From a virus: a DNA stretch of 64,000 nucleotides. The notes under the pieces are model-generated. The model had not been told where the DNA came from, ran no database searches, and worked only from the letters and a program-made list of their open reading frames with translations. How positions within the stretch are numbered: position 1 is the first letter of the stretch; every line of letters begins with the position of its first letter. Position numbers and translations under genes: made by a program. Positions 37,929-48,728 of the stretch are shown in pieces. The DNA lies in IMG/VR virus record IMGVR_UViG_3300020186_000001, positions 1-64,000 of that record. One strand, written 5' to 3'.

Positions 37929-40900
37929 ATGGCATTTGAGCCTAGAGTTTATCCAGAGATCATCGGAGAGATGATCAGCCGTCTTATTTCTACAACTCCG
38001 TTGACAGACATTAACTTCGGATCTGTTTTCACAACGATGCTTGAAGCTGCCGCTCAAGAAGATGATGAGCAGTATTTTCAGATGTTGGAGATCATTCGCG
38101 GCTACTCACTTGACACAACCACTGGATCGGATCTTGATGACAGGGCTTTCGAATATGGTTTAACCAGGAATGCCGCACAATTTGCGAGCACGACTGTCAC
38201 TCTTGGCGATAGTTCGATAACAAAGATTTCAACAGGGGTTTACTCAGGTCTCTCAGGTGCGGTCGCAGGAAGCGTTAAAATCAACGGTGATTCGGCTGCG
38301 AGCTTCCCTGTGTCTGGAAGCATCATTGTTGGCAGGAACACTCCCAATGTAGAGACAGTCCTTTACTCTTCGATCACTGATAATGGTAACTACGTCACAT
38401 TCAATCTTTCATCATCTCTTGCCAACGATCACGGGACAGATGAAACGATCATTTATTCTCAGGGTGGCAATAGAACCATTGGTATTGGGGTGACTGTAAT
38501 CGTTCCAGCGTCAGATCTAAGTCCTCTGATAAGCTTTAGCCTCAGCACTGCTGCAATCATCTTGGATGGTGAATCAGAGATCACTGGTATTGTAGCTGTG
38601 GCGACTGTTGCTGGAAGCTCTGCGAATGTCCCAGTTGGATCTATTTCACAGTTCTCTTCGCTCCCATTCTCTACTGCGACTGTTACAAACCCTCAAAGGG
38701 TTACAAATGGCAAGGACATTGAAACGGATCAAGAGCTTCGAGATCGGATCAAGTCTCACATCCAAAGTCTTTCTCGTGGAACTGGCAAATCCATTATCAC
38801 TGGTATTACTGGCATCACTTCTGATTCAGAGAATAAGCGGGTTGTGTCGGCATCCCTCATCGAGCCAACAGTCCCAGCAGATGTTGTAAAACTGTTCATT
38901 GATGATGGCACTGGCTTTATTCCAAGCCTTGCCCATGTCGGATACGAGGAAATCGTATCTTCTGCAACAGGTGGAGAGAAGTACCTCAAGACTACGAACT
39001 TCCCACTAGTCAAAGCCTTCGTTGAAACTCAAAGCGAAGAGCCTTTCAATATTGTTCTTAATGACACAATATTCGTTGAAGTCGGTGGCAAAGTCGAAAC
39101 AATCACCTTCGCTCTTGGTGATTTTGTCACATCCGGTCAAGTGAAGGCTCAAGAGGTCTTAAAGAAGATCAACGTCTCGGCTGCTGCCTTTGAGGCTCGC
39201 GTCTCTTCTGGTGGATCTAAAGTCAGAATCTTCTCAAGATCAAATACTGATGAGCAGATCAGAGTGACAGGTGGAACGGCCAACGCTGCTCTAGCTTTTC
39301 CTACAGACACAAAGCACACCGCACGTCTCTACCTTGAGAGAAGCAATGCCCTAAGCCTTCTTAGCAAGGACGGAACAACGGCAAGCATCGAGTCTGGAAC
39401 CGCTGAGGGGTATGATTTCTCTGCGATAGATCATGATCTTTGCCTTGTTCTTGATGGCAGAGTTATGAATCCTCTTTATGCGTTCTTTATAGCTTCTGAT
39501 TTTGCGAACCCAGCTTCAGCGACAGCCACAGAGGTTTCTGATATTATCAATACTCAGGTGGGTGGATTATTCGCTGCAACGAGTTCTAACGATACTCGTG
39601 TAACGCTGGTCTCAAATATCAAGAGATCTTCAAGTTCTAAGATCAGGATTATTGAGAACTTCGATAGTGCTTTTAGATTCAATGGTGCCTACTCAGACAT
39701 CACGGCAAATGTGAAATCCTCGTCAACGGACTCCCAGGTATTCGTCTCAAATGGAGATACTCTCTACTTAGGACATCTTGATGTTCCATTCCAAACGATT
39801 TATTTCAATCCTGCGATTCCAGCGTCGGCTCAAATGGTCTACACGGCGGAGTTCTATGATGGAGTCGTCTGGCAGACGTTTGATCCTTATGATGGCACCT
39901 TGGGGTTCACTCAGGCGGGTCATTTACAATTTAGAATTCCCCACACTTGGCAAAAGACGCTGGTAAACGGTGTGACTGCTTATTGGGTTAGGTTGACTAG
40001 AAATGATGCTGGACTAGTGACTCCTCCAACAGAGAGTCGCATCAGGATTTGTTCTGCAAACGAGATTCTTGAATTCTCTGAGACAGAGATTCTTGGATCA
40101 AACAAAGACTACACACTGAATAGATTTGTTGGGCAAATTGAACTTGAGACTCCACTTCAAGCCACTGATCGTCTGACAATGGGATCGTATGATACGAGAG
40201 CTTCAGTGGTCTCCACTGGTGGGACTTTCAACCTATCCGGTGGCGAGGCACTCTCGGTTATTGTCGATGGTGTTTCAATCAACGTGATATTCCAGGTTGG
40301 TGATTTCGCAGTTGGTGGTGCTGCCACTGTCACAGAAGTTATCACAAGAATCAATACATCGCTTCCTGGTGCAACGGCTGTCGCAGTTGACTCTGGCACC
40401 AAGGTTAAGCTGTATGTGAATAAAATGGATGGGACTCTCCAAGTCGCTGGTGGAACTGCGAATGTCGCATTGATCTTTAATACTGATCTGCATACATCCT
40501 TGACTTCGCACGTTCCCTCTTTAGAATCCGCGACTGCTGAACCGTATGTCTTCAATCCAGGCAACACGGTCATCGTCGTTATAGACGGCAACGCTGCGAA
40601 TAACTTCACGCTACCATGTGGCAAGACTGGAACTCTGACCGGAGTCACATCTCCATCTTTAGTCGCAGACATTGGATTGATCAGCATATTCCCGAATTCA
40701 ACTGATCTACCTACATTTGATTTTCTTTTGACATCAAGATATGAACGAACGATCCAGGACATTCAATACATCAGCGATAACGTGAACAGGGCTTTTGTTT
40801 CTATCGAATATCTGACTGGCGGAACGGCTGGCCTTGAGATCGTAACGGTCACTGGAGCGGTGATCCAAATCGTTATTCAAAGTGGTGTATCGACTGCAAC

Positions 40901-41714
40901 ACAGATCAAAACAGCGTTCGATCTTGTCTCTGCGGCAACAGCACTCGCTTCTGCGACGATCACTGGAGTCGGTGGCAACGCTCAAACTGCGGTTGCGGCT
41001 ACGCTGTTGGCATCACCGCGTCGTGCTATCACGGCATACGCTCCACTGTCTGGAGGCTTGACTCTCGCGTCCTCTCTTCCATTCACACCTCTTTTGACAG
41101 ACACATACGAAATTAGTCCAACAAACGCAGATCAGGTCGTTCAAATTTGGAACAACAAGCAGATCACTTTAATATCCACTAAGGCAGATGTTCAGACATC
41201 AAGCGGCGGATTAAAAGTTCAGATAGCTTCCAAGGTCGCCGGAGAGGGTGCATCTGTGCAGGTGACAGGTGGAACTGGCAACGCGGCCCTTGCCTTCTCC
41301 GTGATCGCTGTGATTGGCGTAGACGGATACCGACACTTCACAGGTCTGGCTCAATTGACTCAGTGGAGTGTTGACGGACGTGATGACGATCAGGAGAACT
41401 ACCCTGGAATCAGGGCGGCTGGTGTCCAAGTTGAAGTAGCAGAGCCGGTCAAAGTCCCTGTGACAATCTCATTGACAATAACGACTCGCGAAGGTGTGTC
41501 GCTTTCTTCAATAACAAACGACTTGAAATCGGCAGTCTCCTCCTACGTCAATAACTTGAATGTAGGTGCTGACGTGATTCTTTCCGATATCATTGTTGCG
41601 GTTAAGGGTGTTTCAGGTGTGTTCGATGCAAAGATAACTTTGCCAATTGCGAATATCGCGATAGCCGACTCAGAATTGGCTCGCATCAACGAGAGTGACA
41701 TCATCATTGGGTGA
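37929..41714 (+). CDS. baseplate wedge J-like protein with large insertions
   Basis: GSVFTTMLEA, GSDLDDRAFEYGLTR, GKDIETDQELRDRI and RAAGVQVEV..P motifs. Confidence 0.85.
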   Translation: MAFEPRVYPEIIGEMISRLISTTPLTDINFGSVFTTMLEAAAQEDDEQYFQMLEIIRGYSLDTTTGSDLDDRAFEYGLTRNAAQFASTTVTLGDSSITKISTGVYSGLSGAVAGSVKINGDSAASFPVSGSIIVGRNTPNVETVLYSSITDNGNYVTFNLSSSLANDHGTDETIIYSQGGNRTIGIGVTVIVPASDLSPLISFSLSTAAIILDGESEITGIVAVATVAGSSANVPVGSISQFSSLPFSTATVTNPQRVTNGKDIETDQELRDRIKSHIQSLSRGTGKSIITGITGITSDSENKRVVSASLIEPTVPADVVKLFIDDGTGFIPSLAHVGYEEIVSSATGGEKYLKTTNFPLVKAFVETQSEEPFNIVLNDTIFVEVGGKVETITFALGDFVTSGQVKAQEVLKKINVSAAAFEARVSSGGSKVRIFSRSNTDEQIRVTGGTANAALAFPTDTKHTARLYLERSNALSLLSKDGTTASIESGTAEGYDFSAIDHDLCLVLDGRVMNPLYAFFIASDFANPASATATEVSDIINTQVGGLFAATSSNDTRVTLVSNIKRSSSSKIRIIENFDSAFRFNGAYSDITANVKSSSTDSQVFVSNGDTLYLGHLDVPFQTIYFNPAIPASAQMVYTAEFYDGVVWQTFDPYDGTLGFTQAGHLQFRIPHTWQKTLVNGVTAYWVRLTRNDAGLVTPPTESRIRICSANEILEFSETEILGSNKDYTLNRFVGQIELETPLQATDRLTMGSYDTRASVVSTGGTFNLSGGEALSVIVDGVSINVIFQVGDFAVGGAATVTEVITRINTSLPGATAVAVDSGTKVKLYVNKMDGTLQVAGGTANVALIFNTDLHTSLTSHVPSLESATAEPYVFNPGNTVIVVIDGNAANNFTLPCGKTGTLTGVTSPSLVADIGLISIFPNSTDLPTFDFLLTSRYERTIQDIQYISDNVNRAFVSIEYLTGGTAGLEIVTVTGAVIQIVIQSGVSTATQIKTAFDLVSAATALASATITGVGGNAQTAVAATLLASPRRAITAYAPLSGGLTLASSLPFTPLLTDTYEISPTNADQVVQIWNNKQITLISTKADVQTSSGGLKVQIASKVAGEGASVQVTGGTGNAALAFSVIAVIGVDGYRHFTGLAQLTQWSVDGRDDDQENYPGIRAAGVQVEVAEPVKVPVTISLTITTREGVSLSSITNDLKSAVSSYVNNLNVGADVILSDIIVAVKGVSGVFDAKITLPIANIAIADSELARINESDIIIG

Positions 41715-41717
41715 TAA

Positions 41718-42836
41718 ATGAGCAAGTTAGAGAAAATGTCGCGATTTCTTCCTGGGCTTTATCGTCCAACGATAAACCCGTATGTGAAGGGGTTGCTGTA
41801 TTCTTGGGCTGAAGAAGATGACCTTGTTGCAGAACAGGTCCAAGAGGCGAAGCATCAGATCTATGTGAAGTACGCTGAGAAGGGCTATTTGGACTCTCTT
41901 GGATCAAATGTAGGTGTGTTTCGACCACCGGCAGTGAACCTGAGCGATGATCAATTTCGAGCCTTAATTCCGGCACTGAGCTTTGATCCAAAGCAGGTCA
42001 GACCTACGATCATCAAAGTCCTTGAGGCTTTCTTTGGTGCGAACAATCCTCGCGTCAAAATCATTGAGGTCAATCCCAACCAGATCATTATCCAAATCCC
42101 AAGTTCTGTTCCAGCCTTAAGGCGTTCTCTTAGGGGTTCTGGCCATCTTAGCAACAACGCTGGAACGATTACAGCGGTAGACAATATCCTGAAACGTGTG
42201 ACCATCACGGCCTACGGTGCAAAATCGTTCATTACAGATGAACTTAGAAACGCAGATTTCGCTCAGGGGCTGTATTCTATCCCGATACTATCCAGCTCGG
42301 CTGGCAATAGCGGGGTGATCGTCCAACTGCCAGCGTCCTATAACCTGTCGTCTCTCGTAGTCGGTCAAGCCTTTACTACGACCAATCTCCCTGGCCTTCA
42401 GGGAAGTTTTATTCCAGACAAGACGAAAGCATTCAGTGTGACGCGGTTTCGCGGTACAATAGGACAAAACATAAGTGCTGGGAGTATTTACCCAAATCTT
42501 CTCATGACAGACGCTTCTGGAATACCGGATGCACCTGGAAGGCTGACTTTCAACTTTGGAAGAAATAATGAGGAAGCGGATATCAAATACTTCGGCAGAC
42601 CAAATAACACCTCTCTTTTGATTGATCCGGCCTATGTGTTTCAGAAGGATCATTCGATAGGGGAACTGGTCAATGTAATAGTTAAGCCATACAATCAGCC
42701 TAGAATTAATGGCCAAGATTTATCTGTTTATTTAGTTGGAGTAACAGCCGCAAGGGTTTTAGCACAAGACATCGTAAAATCCGTAGTTGCGTCTGGAGTT
42801 GTAATTAGTTGGAGAGTGGTCGATCCGGTGTGTTGA
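41718..42836 (+). CDS. baseplate wedge protein (P2 gpI/gp7-like)
   Basis: YAEKGYLDSLGSNVGVFRP..SDDQFR; follows the J-like gene. Confidence 0.7.
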   Translation: MSKLEKMSRFLPGLYRPTINPYVKGLLYSWAEEDDLVAEQVQEAKHQIYVKYAEKGYLDSLGSNVGVFRPPAVNLSDDQFRALIPALSFDPKQVRPTIIKVLEAFFGANNPRVKIIEVNPNQIIIQIPSSVPALRRSLRGSGHLSNNAGTITAVDNILKRVTITAYGAKSFITDELRNADFAQGLYSIPILSSSAGNSGVIVQLPASYNLSSLVVGQAFTTTNLPGLQGSFIPDKTKAFSVTRFRGTIGQNISAGSIYPNLLMTDASGIPDAPGRLTFNFGRNNEEADIKYFGRPNNTSLLIDPAYVFQKDHSIGELVNVIVKPYNQPRINGQDLSVYLVGVTAARVLAQDIVKSVVASGVVISWRVVDPVC

Positions 42837-42859
42837 TCACTGTTAGATGAGGTGTAGCT

Positions 42860-45082
42860 TTGCAAAGAAAACAAAGATTTGTCGCGGATCAGCGGTTAGA
42901 TCTACCCCACTTTGAATCAATGCAGGGGTATGTCGATGCTGAATTCAATTCGTATAACAAGGCGTTCCTCGCACCATCCAATTATATTGTTAAAAATTGG
43001 CAGGTGGTTGGCACAGGTGGCTTGAACATCAAAGTCGATCAATCGGTCGATTCAACTTTATTCAGCTCACTTAGGACGGGTAAAGAGAGCTTCATTTACC
43101 GCAAAGGTGCTGAAGCTGCCATCACTCTGGGCCTCACAGATAATGCGACAAACTATGTCGAATTAAAAATGACCACTGTGACGTGTGCTCAAGACACTGT
43201 TGCTGTTTGGGATTCCACTGCGAATGGTGGATTGGGAGAAGAGTTCTCACAGCTCTCTGATACTGCCACAGAAGAAGAGCCGTCTCTTGTTGCGAATACT
43301 ACGGCCTTCACAGGCAATACTGACAGGATTCCACTTGCTGTTGTCGTCACTCTCGGTGGCATTATCGTTAGCATCACAGATTCAAGAAGTCTCCTTTTTC
43401 ACAAGGCGACTGATTGGAACTTCGGAGTCACAAGAACTGATAAGACTATCTCTAATTTTAAAGAATCTTATGACGCTCTAACAACAGCTATAAAAGAAAT
43501 AAAAGGCACTTCAAACTGGTATGATATCCCTTATTCTGGAAATAAGGTTCTTAAAGAGTATCAGAATATGTTTATCACCGGTGGCGGTGCCATCGAGTGG
43601 GAAGGAAGTCAGCCAGCTTCAACTCTTGGTTGGAGTTCTGTCTTTCAAATTGAGATCGCAGATCGAGTCGATACATACACGATCAATGCTGGTTCTGTTC
43701 TACTTGCAGACGGCCAGGCAATGTATGTGGTCATCCCAGAAGGCACGCCTCCTGGAGCTTTGACGCCAATTGTTGCAAGCCTTGCGAGTGTCCCGATTGA
43801 TCCGTTCTCGGCAGGATACTCTGCCGGAATTCAGGTTCTCTTCTTTAGAAGAGGCAGCACTGTCATGGGATGGGTGGATATCCCAGACCTAAATCCTGGA
43901 GAGAGTGCGAGCATCGGTCAAGACCTCCCAAGCAAGCATCGTCAGCGTTTAGGGATTATCGACGAAAACAACTTTGTTGCTTATACTTCAACCACGAACA
44001 TCCTTCCCGTAGACTCGCACCCAGTTTCGATATCGAAACTGGACGCAGCTCTAGCGGTTGTTCAAGATCTTGCAAACACCAGTGAATCATCCATTGTGGC
44101 TCTCTTCGCAGCAGTCAATTCGATATTGACTAGCGATCCGATAGAAGAGCACTTCCTTGTCACTAACCCAGTCGGTCAAACCATCTTCAATGCTGCGGTC
44201 TTGAAATGGAACGTCGATGTGAATTCTGTGGACATCGAAGTATTCATGAACGGTCAGAAGGTTCTTCAAGACCAGGCTGGCGGATCCACATTCGCATTCA
44301 AGAAGAACTCTGAAACACAGATTGTATTCTCAGATACGGTTCCAGAGAACGCTCGCATCACGATTCGCAATACGCTGAGCTATCTCTATAAAACATACTT
44401 TGTGAACTATCTTTCAAACAGTTCAGGTCAAACTCAGTCGGTAGGCCAGACATTTGCTGCTGGGACAGAGCGTCTCGGTGTTTATAGAAACGGCATATAC
44501 TTGATGAAGACTTTGAGTCTTGGATCTCCTATTGACCGCTTTGTCGAGCAATCAAGTATCGCTGTAGAACTTGGTGTGACGGCTGATGCACTGACAGGTT
44601 TCGCGTTCGTCCATCAAGCCAAGGCTCCTGTATTCAAGCAATCTCAAACAGGTGTGACTGGTGCTGTGTTGACGGTCCCATCTCACACGGTCACAAGCGA
44701 CGCATTAAGAATCTATCGCAATGGTCTTATGATGAATAAGTCTGGATTTGGTGGCATTTCTGAGCAGTACGCAGACACATCTGCTACGTCAATTACTTTG
44801 GTTGATCCAGCAATAATCAGTGATTATTTTATATTTGAATACATGGATGCTGCTCCAACTTGGAGACAAGATATCACCGGAGTTGTTGGTGTCACGGTGA
44901 CATTTTCTTCCGTGTATGTTCTTGGGAATAAAAAGTTGCTAGTATGGAGGAACGGAATTCTCCTCTTCAACTCAGCAACTATTGGTTTGCCAGGCGACAG
45001 ATACCAGGAAGCTACGACTTTGACGATAACGCTCGGAGTCGCTGCTGCCTCTGGGGATACATTCACAGCGATCTATCAATAG
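42860..45082 (+). CDS. baseplate/fibre-attachment protein with C-terminal Ig-like repeats
   Basis: Four repeats carrying VFMNG/VYRNG/IYRNG/VWRNG. Confidence 0.6.
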   Translation: MQRKQRFVADQRLDLPHFESMQGYVDAEFNSYNKAFLAPSNYIVKNWQVVGTGGLNIKVDQSVDSTLFSSLRTGKESFIYRKGAEAAITLGLTDNATNYVELKMTTVTCAQDTVAVWDSTANGGLGEEFSQLSDTATEEEPSLVANTTAFTGNTDRIPLAVVVTLGGIIVSITDSRSLLFHKATDWNFGVTRTDKTISNFKESYDALTTAIKEIKGTSNWYDIPYSGNKVLKEYQNMFITGGGAIEWEGSQPASTLGWSSVFQIEIADRVDTYTINAGSVLLADGQAMYVVIPEGTPPGALTPIVASLASVPIDPFSAGYSAGIQVLFFRRGSTVMGWVDIPDLNPGESASIGQDLPSKHRQRLGIIDENNFVAYTSTTNILPVDSHPVSISKLDAALAVVQDLANTSESSIVALFAAVNSILTSDPIEEHFLVTNPVGQTIFNAAVLKWNVDVNSVDIEVFMNGQKVLQDQAGGSTFAFKKNSETQIVFSDTVPENARITIRNTLSYLYKTYFVNYLSNSSGQTQSVGQTFAAGTERLGVYRNGIYLMKTLSLGSPIDRFVEQSSIAVELGVTADALTGFAFVHQAKAPVFKQSQTGVTGAVLTVPSHTVTSDALRIYRNGLMMNKSGFGGISEQYADTSATSITLVDPAIISDYFIFEYMDAAPTWRQDITGVVGVTVTFSSVYVLGNKKLLVWRNGILLFNSATIGLPGDRYQEATTLTITLGVAAASGDTFTAIYQ

Positions 45083-45093
45083 GGAGTTTTGGG

Positions 45094-46203
45094 ATGCCAA
45101 TTCAATCAAATCAAATTTCAGATAAACCGATTGTCCAAGGTGCGGTAGCTGTTGCACCAATTACTGGAGCTGGCAAAGGTGCCTTCTACCCAAAAGACAT
45201 TGGTGCAGGCCAAATCGAAGGCTTCTGGGTCGATGAAGCTGGGATTGAGACTCAAATCACCGAGAACGGCTCAGTCAAGGGTGCTGGAGGCGGAGGAGGC
45301 GGATCGGTTAGCGATATTGCTTTCCCTTCTGGCTGGGATGGAGATGCAACGGGTGCTCCTTCTCGCAACGCAGTCTTTGATAAGATTAGTGCGATGGATA
45401 CAGCGATCTCTGGCAAACAAGCTACGCTATCAATACCAACTCAAGCTGAGGCTGAGGCGGGTGTTGCGACCACTGCAAGAGCTTTCACGGCTCAAAGAGT
45501 CGCTCAGGCGATTGCTGCTCTTGCACCTGGTGGTGGTGGTGGATCAGTTAGTGATGTCCCTTTTGCTGGAAGCTGGGATAGCGTAACAACGATTCCTCCT
45601 TCTAAAAATGCTGTTTATGACAAAATCACTGCGATGGACGTAGCGATCTCGTCCAACGCCTCGTCTCTCGCTGGGAAACAAGCCGCACTCTCCACTGTGG
45701 TGCAAGTCGAGGCTGAAGCCGGAGTCGCCACTACTGATAGAATATGGACTGCTCTGAGAGTTAAGCAGGCTATCTTGGCTTTGTCTCCTGGAGGCGGATC
45801 AACAGTTGTCCTCCACAGGCGTGTAACTACTACGAATGCTAACGATGTTCAGATTATTGCCTACGGTGCTTCTGCCGACATTGCGGCGATCACTGTCGTG
45901 AAGAGTTCAAATGGTGTCACACTGTCAACCATCCCTGCGGGGGTCCGACTGATCAGTGTTCAATCTTTTTTTAGTGGTGCCGATGTTGGGGCAAACACAA
46001 GCGTTTCAATAAGTTATCCCGATCCAAACGGAGCAACGACTTTGGCCGAGTCAATTTTGCCAACGATGACCCGATACACCACTGCGTTTAATCCATTTGG
46101 GACACAGGCTGGAACTATCGTGAATAACGCAGGGGTTATCACAGCGACACACTCAGGTGGGGTTGTAGCAAATAACTCTGCGGCATTGAAACTAGTATTC
46201 TAA
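45094..46203 (+). CDS. tail fibre-like protein
   Basis: Duplicated WDxxxxxxPSxNAVxDKI and QxEAEAGVATT fibre motifs; Gly linkers. Confidence 0.65.
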   Translation: MPIQSNQISDKPIVQGAVAVAPITGAGKGAFYPKDIGAGQIEGFWVDEAGIETQITENGSVKGAGGGGGGSVSDIAFPSGWDGDATGAPSRNAVFDKISAMDTAISGKQATLSIPTQAEAEAGVATTARAFTAQRVAQAIAALAPGGGGGSVSDVPFAGSWDSVTTIPPSKNAVYDKITAMDVAISSNASSLAGKQAALSTVVQVEAEAGVATTDRIWTALRVKQAILALSPGGGSTVVLHRRVTTTNANDVQIIAYGASADIAAITVVKSSNGVTLSTIPAGVRLISVQSFFSGADVGANTSVSISYPDPNGATTLAESILPTMTRYTTAFNPFGTQAGTIVNNAGVITATHSGGVVANNSAALKLVF

Positions 46204-46213
46204 GGATGAACTA

Positions 46214-47062
46214 ATGGCGAATGCAATTTTTAATGCCAAAATAACTCTAACGAGTTCTTCAGCAACAGTGAATGCTGATGAGTTCAATATCGTCGGAGCT
46301 GTCGTTGACAACGAGGGACTCTACAGCGGCATTGATCCTGTAGTTGGAGACATTCTGATACTAGATACGGCAGGCACTGAGCCTGGGACTGTTTCAAAAT
46401 ACAAAATACTTTCTTTCACATCTCAAACATTCGGTGCGATTTCTGCGAAGATTAAATACGATGATATTGGAACTGCCATTGATCCAACCGGAGCGGTCGG
46501 CATTGGTGGAATGATCTGTAGTGCATCTGCGAGTAGCAAGTTTCCTTGGCTTCCAGCGATTGACACACAGGGCTTATCAGTAAAGCTTTTCATATTCGCA
46601 AAAAACATCCTTGAAAGACAAAAGATTGATGGGAATTTAAGCGGAGGCGGAGGTTCATCTAATCAGAAGATTATGATTGGTGGATCAGCCTTAGCTGCTG
46701 GAGTTCCGGTTTCAAAGAATCCAGCAACTGGCAAAGTCATTCTTGCCGACTCAGACGGAGTTGGCACTCAGCAATTTTACGGCGTCACTATGACAACTTG
46801 TGCTGGCGATGGAAGTCCTGTCACAGTCCAACTTCCTGGTGCAAATTTAGCTGGAGTATTGACTGGTCTAGGATTTGCGGTTGGTGATGAGATATTCATG
46901 GGAGAAACTGCTGGCTCGTATGTGAACGGAGCTGGCGTTGATGCTTTTGTCGGAGCAAACGATTCAATCTTTAAACTGGGGATAGCAGACTGTGCAGCGA
47001 GTGCTGCCAGTGCGACTGCTGTTGACTTAATACTTCTTCCAGAAGTAGTAGCGAGACCATGA
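46214..47062 (+). CDS. virion structural protein (capsid-fibre/cement-like C-terminal domain)
   Basis: ALAAGVPV...VILAD...GFAVGDEIFM beta-domain pattern. Confidence 0.5.
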   Translation: MANAIFNAKITLTSSSATVNADEFNIVGAVVDNEGLYSGIDPVVGDILILDTAGTEPGTVSKYKILSFTSQTFGAISAKIKYDDIGTAIDPTGAVGIGGMICSASASSKFPWLPAIDTQGLSVKLFIFAKNILERQKIDGNLSGGGGSSNQKIMIGGSALAAGVPVSKNPATGKVILADSDGVGTQQFYGVTMTTCAGDGSPVTVQLPGANLAGVLTGLGFAVGDEIFMGETAGSYVNGAGVDAFVGANDSIFKLGIADCAASAASATAVDLILLPEVVARP

Positions 47063-47289
47063 TGGGCTTTCCAATGAACAACGTCCTAGAGATTCTAAGC
47101 CGAGATGAGGACAATATGACTGTCTTGGTTGAGAACATAAAAGACCCAGAAGTTGCGAGCAAGGTTGAAGCGTTAGTGAATTTGATTCAGGCAAAGCACG
47201 AAAGTTTTTCAAAAGAAGTTAGTTTGGCAGCCGATACGGCTGGTTCGAAAGTCACCGTGAAATCATTCATTGTGATGCAAACAACTTAG
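47059..47289 (+). CDS. hypothetical protein
   Basis: Coupled ORF. Confidence 0.55.
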   Translation: MMGFPMNNVLEILSRDEDNMTVLVENIKDPEVASKVEALVNLIQAKHESFSKEVSLAADTAGSKVTVKSFIVMQTT

Positions 47290-47305
47290 CGAAAGGGAAT
47301 TAGAC

Positions 47306-48664
47306 ATGGCGAATTTTGACTTATTAGTTATTGGCACAGGCGGTAGAAACGAGCGTAAGCCGTCTTCTGCTCAAACAATTGACTTTACAGGGGTGCGAAT
47401 TGGCGCATCCAATCTAACGATCACAGAATCGTCTGGCAAGTTTGACATGGGCGGAATCATCGTTGGCAACATCGCCGACGGTGCGGCTGCTGGTCAAGCA
47501 CTAAGCTTCAGTCAACGCGGAGCTAACAACGGTGTCGCAAGTTTAGATGGTGGCGGTAAAGTTCCAGTATCTCAGCTTCCATCGGCAGTCATGACCTACG
47601 AAGGTGTGTGGAATGCTACCACCAACTCTCCATCTTTGGCTGACGGTGCTGGCGACGCTGGTATGGTCTACCGTGTCGGTACTGCTGGCTCGCAAAACCT
47701 TGGTTCTGGATCAATCTCTTTTGATGTTGGCGACTATGCAATTTATAACGGCACAGTTTGGGAAAAATCTGACACTACTGACGCAGTAGCTTCTGTAAAC
47801 GGCCAAACAGGTGTCGTTGTTCTAAGCACAACTAACATCGCTGAAGGCACAAACCTCTACTTCACAGACGCCAGAGCTAGAACCGCTGTCATCACTCAGG
47901 TGATCACCAACGGTGTTGCTGATAGATCTCCTTCTGAAGACGCAGTGTTTGACGCTCTTGCTCTTAAAGCGGCCAGCGTCCACACTCACGTTGCTGCCGA
48001 TGTCACTGACTTCACCGCTGCTGCCAAGGCTGCTACTGTAGCTGACGCGATTGCTGATGGCGTTACCGATGTCGCTCCTTCTCAGAATGCAGTGTTTGAT
48101 GCACTGGCACTTAAAGCCGCTTCGTCACACACACACGTTGCTGCTGATGTTACTGACTTTACTGCCGCTGCTAGAGTGGCTGCTGTAGCTGATGCCATTG
48201 TTGATGGCGTTACCAACGTAGCCGCTTCCCAAAACGCAGTGTTTGATGCACTGGCTCTGAAGGCAGACGCTTCTAGCATCTCAGTTCCAACTCTTTCTAA
48301 GACCAATGACAACGGTGGCTCAATCACTGTTCGCCAAGCTGTCTACGTCAAAGCAAACGGCAATGTTGATCTAGCTCTTGCTGACGGATCTGTCGCACTA
48401 GAAGATTTTGCTATCGGTCTAGTGGCTGTCGCTTCGATTGCTACAACTGCTGCTGGCAACATCTTGTTTGCAAAAGGTGATCTAGTTAGCGGATTCTCTG
48501 GTTTGACTCCTGGTAGAAAGTATTATGTTTCCCGTACTTCTGGTGGAGCGATTGCTCTTTACTCTGCCATTTCTTGGGTTGCTGGCGACAAAGTGCAAAT
48601 GGTTGGTCGCGCCTTAAGTGCGACCGTTCTTGAATTTGACCCATCTTTTGAATTCCAATACTAA
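47306..48664 (+). CDS. fibre protein with 49-aa repeats
   Basis: GVASLDGGGKVPVSQLP, YEGVWNATTNSPSL, VASVNGQTGVV and EGTNLYFTDARA fibre motifs. Confidence 0.75.
   Translation: MANFDLLVIGTGGRNERKPSSAQTIDFTGVRIGASNLTITESSGKFDMGGIIVGNIADGAAAGQALSFSQRGANNGVASLDGGGKVPVSQLPSAVMTYEGVWNATTNSPSLADGAGDAGMVYRVGTAGSQNLGSGSISFDVGDYAIYNGTVWEKSDTTDAVASVNGQTGVVVLSTTNIAEGTNLYFTDARARTAVITQVITNGVADRSPSEDAVFDALALKAASVHTHVAADVTDFTAAAKAATVADAIADGVTDVAPSQNAVFDALALKAASSHTHVAADVTDFTAAARVAAVADAIVDGVTNVAASQNAVFDALALKADASSISVPTLSKTNDNGGSITVRQAVYVKANGNVDLALADGSVALEDFAIGLVAVASIATTAAGNILFAKGDLVSGFSGLTPGRKYYVSRTSGGAIALYSAISWVAGDKVQMVGRALSATVLEFDPSFEFQY
47930..48262 (+). repeat. 147-bp-period intragenic repeats (AVFDALALKA..HTHVAADVTDF)
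   Basis: GCAGTGTTTGA at 47942, 48089 and 48236. Confidence 0.8.
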
Positions 48665-48728
48665 GTTTGAAGCTTGATCCAAAGGGGAGGCATTACGCTC
48701 CCCCTCCATTGAGTTAAAGGAAAAACCT

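Noticed and set aside
48684-48710. GGGGAG/CTCCCC hairpin after the fibre gene as a terminator
   Set aside because: The stem is short and has no U-tract, so support is insufficient.
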